Positions 38,152-38,345 of a stretch of 38,345 nucleotides of DNA are shown here, piece after piece. The notes beneath the pieces are model-generated. The model was not told the origin of the DNA. It did not search any database and worked only from the letters and a program-made list of their open reading frames with translations. The position numbers and the translations under genes are program-made. Source of the DNA: an uncultured Alphaproteobacteria bacterium (GTDB lineage Bacteria; Pseudomonadota; Alphaproteobacteria; HIMB59; GCA-002718135); the NCBI GenBank assembly GCA_902602135.1, contig CACKQA010000003.1, forward strand, positions 1 to 38,345, read 5' to 3'. How positions within the stretch are numbered: position 1 is the first letter of the stretch; each line of letters starts with the position of its first letter.

Positions 38152-38345
38152 ATGCTTAGCTATAAACACGGGTATCACGCTGGAAATCATGCAGATGTTA
38201 TGAAACACATTATTATGCTTTACCTATATAATCTTGAAAAAAAGGTAAATAATTCAATAAGTTATATTGATACTCATTCTGGTAATGGAATTTATAAATA
38301 TATATCAAAGTATATGGATAAAAATAAAGAGTATAAAGATGGAAT
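38152..38345 (+). CDS. rlmJ: 23S rRNA m6A2030 methyltransferase RlmJ, partial (runs off the window)
   Basis: Not in the ORF track. Manual translation gives MLSYKHGYHAGNHADVMKH...YIDTHSGNG. Confidence 0.88.
   Translation, partial: MLSYKHGYHAGNHADVMKHIIMLYLYNLEKKVNNSISYIDTHSGNGIYKYISKYMDKNKEYKDG

Noticed and set aside
1-38345. Prophage, IS, integron, tRNA/rRNA or anti-phage defence system
   Set aside because: No integrase, transposase, structural, nuclease or RNA-gene signatures recognised; composition looks uniformly AT-rich by eye.

Overview
Very AT-rich, gene-dense chromosomal segment of a streamlined marine alphaproteobacterium (SAR11-like; the sugar-catabolic genes plus tupA hint at HIMB59/AEGEAN-169, which is inference only). 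It holds about 40 CDS, and I see no rRNA, tRNA, CRISPR, integrase or transposase. The strongest non-coding signal is a tandem pair of glnA-type glutamine riboswitch aptamers (10709-10828, minus strand) in the 5' leader of a circularly permuted ATP-grasp / alpha-E / transglutaminase operon. Other notable items: a head-to-head junction near 2405 where two genes both lack their 5' ends; an 870-aa fusion of two cNMP-binding domains, an acyltransferase and an SGNH hydrolase; an apsD-apnL apiose-oxidation pair; two related GTGGCAC...GTGCCAC long-loop hairpins in divergent intergenic regions that overlap unannotated small ORFs; an Fe-S-less (6-4) photolyase; and five EamA/DMT transporters. All family assignments come from motif recognition, not database searches.
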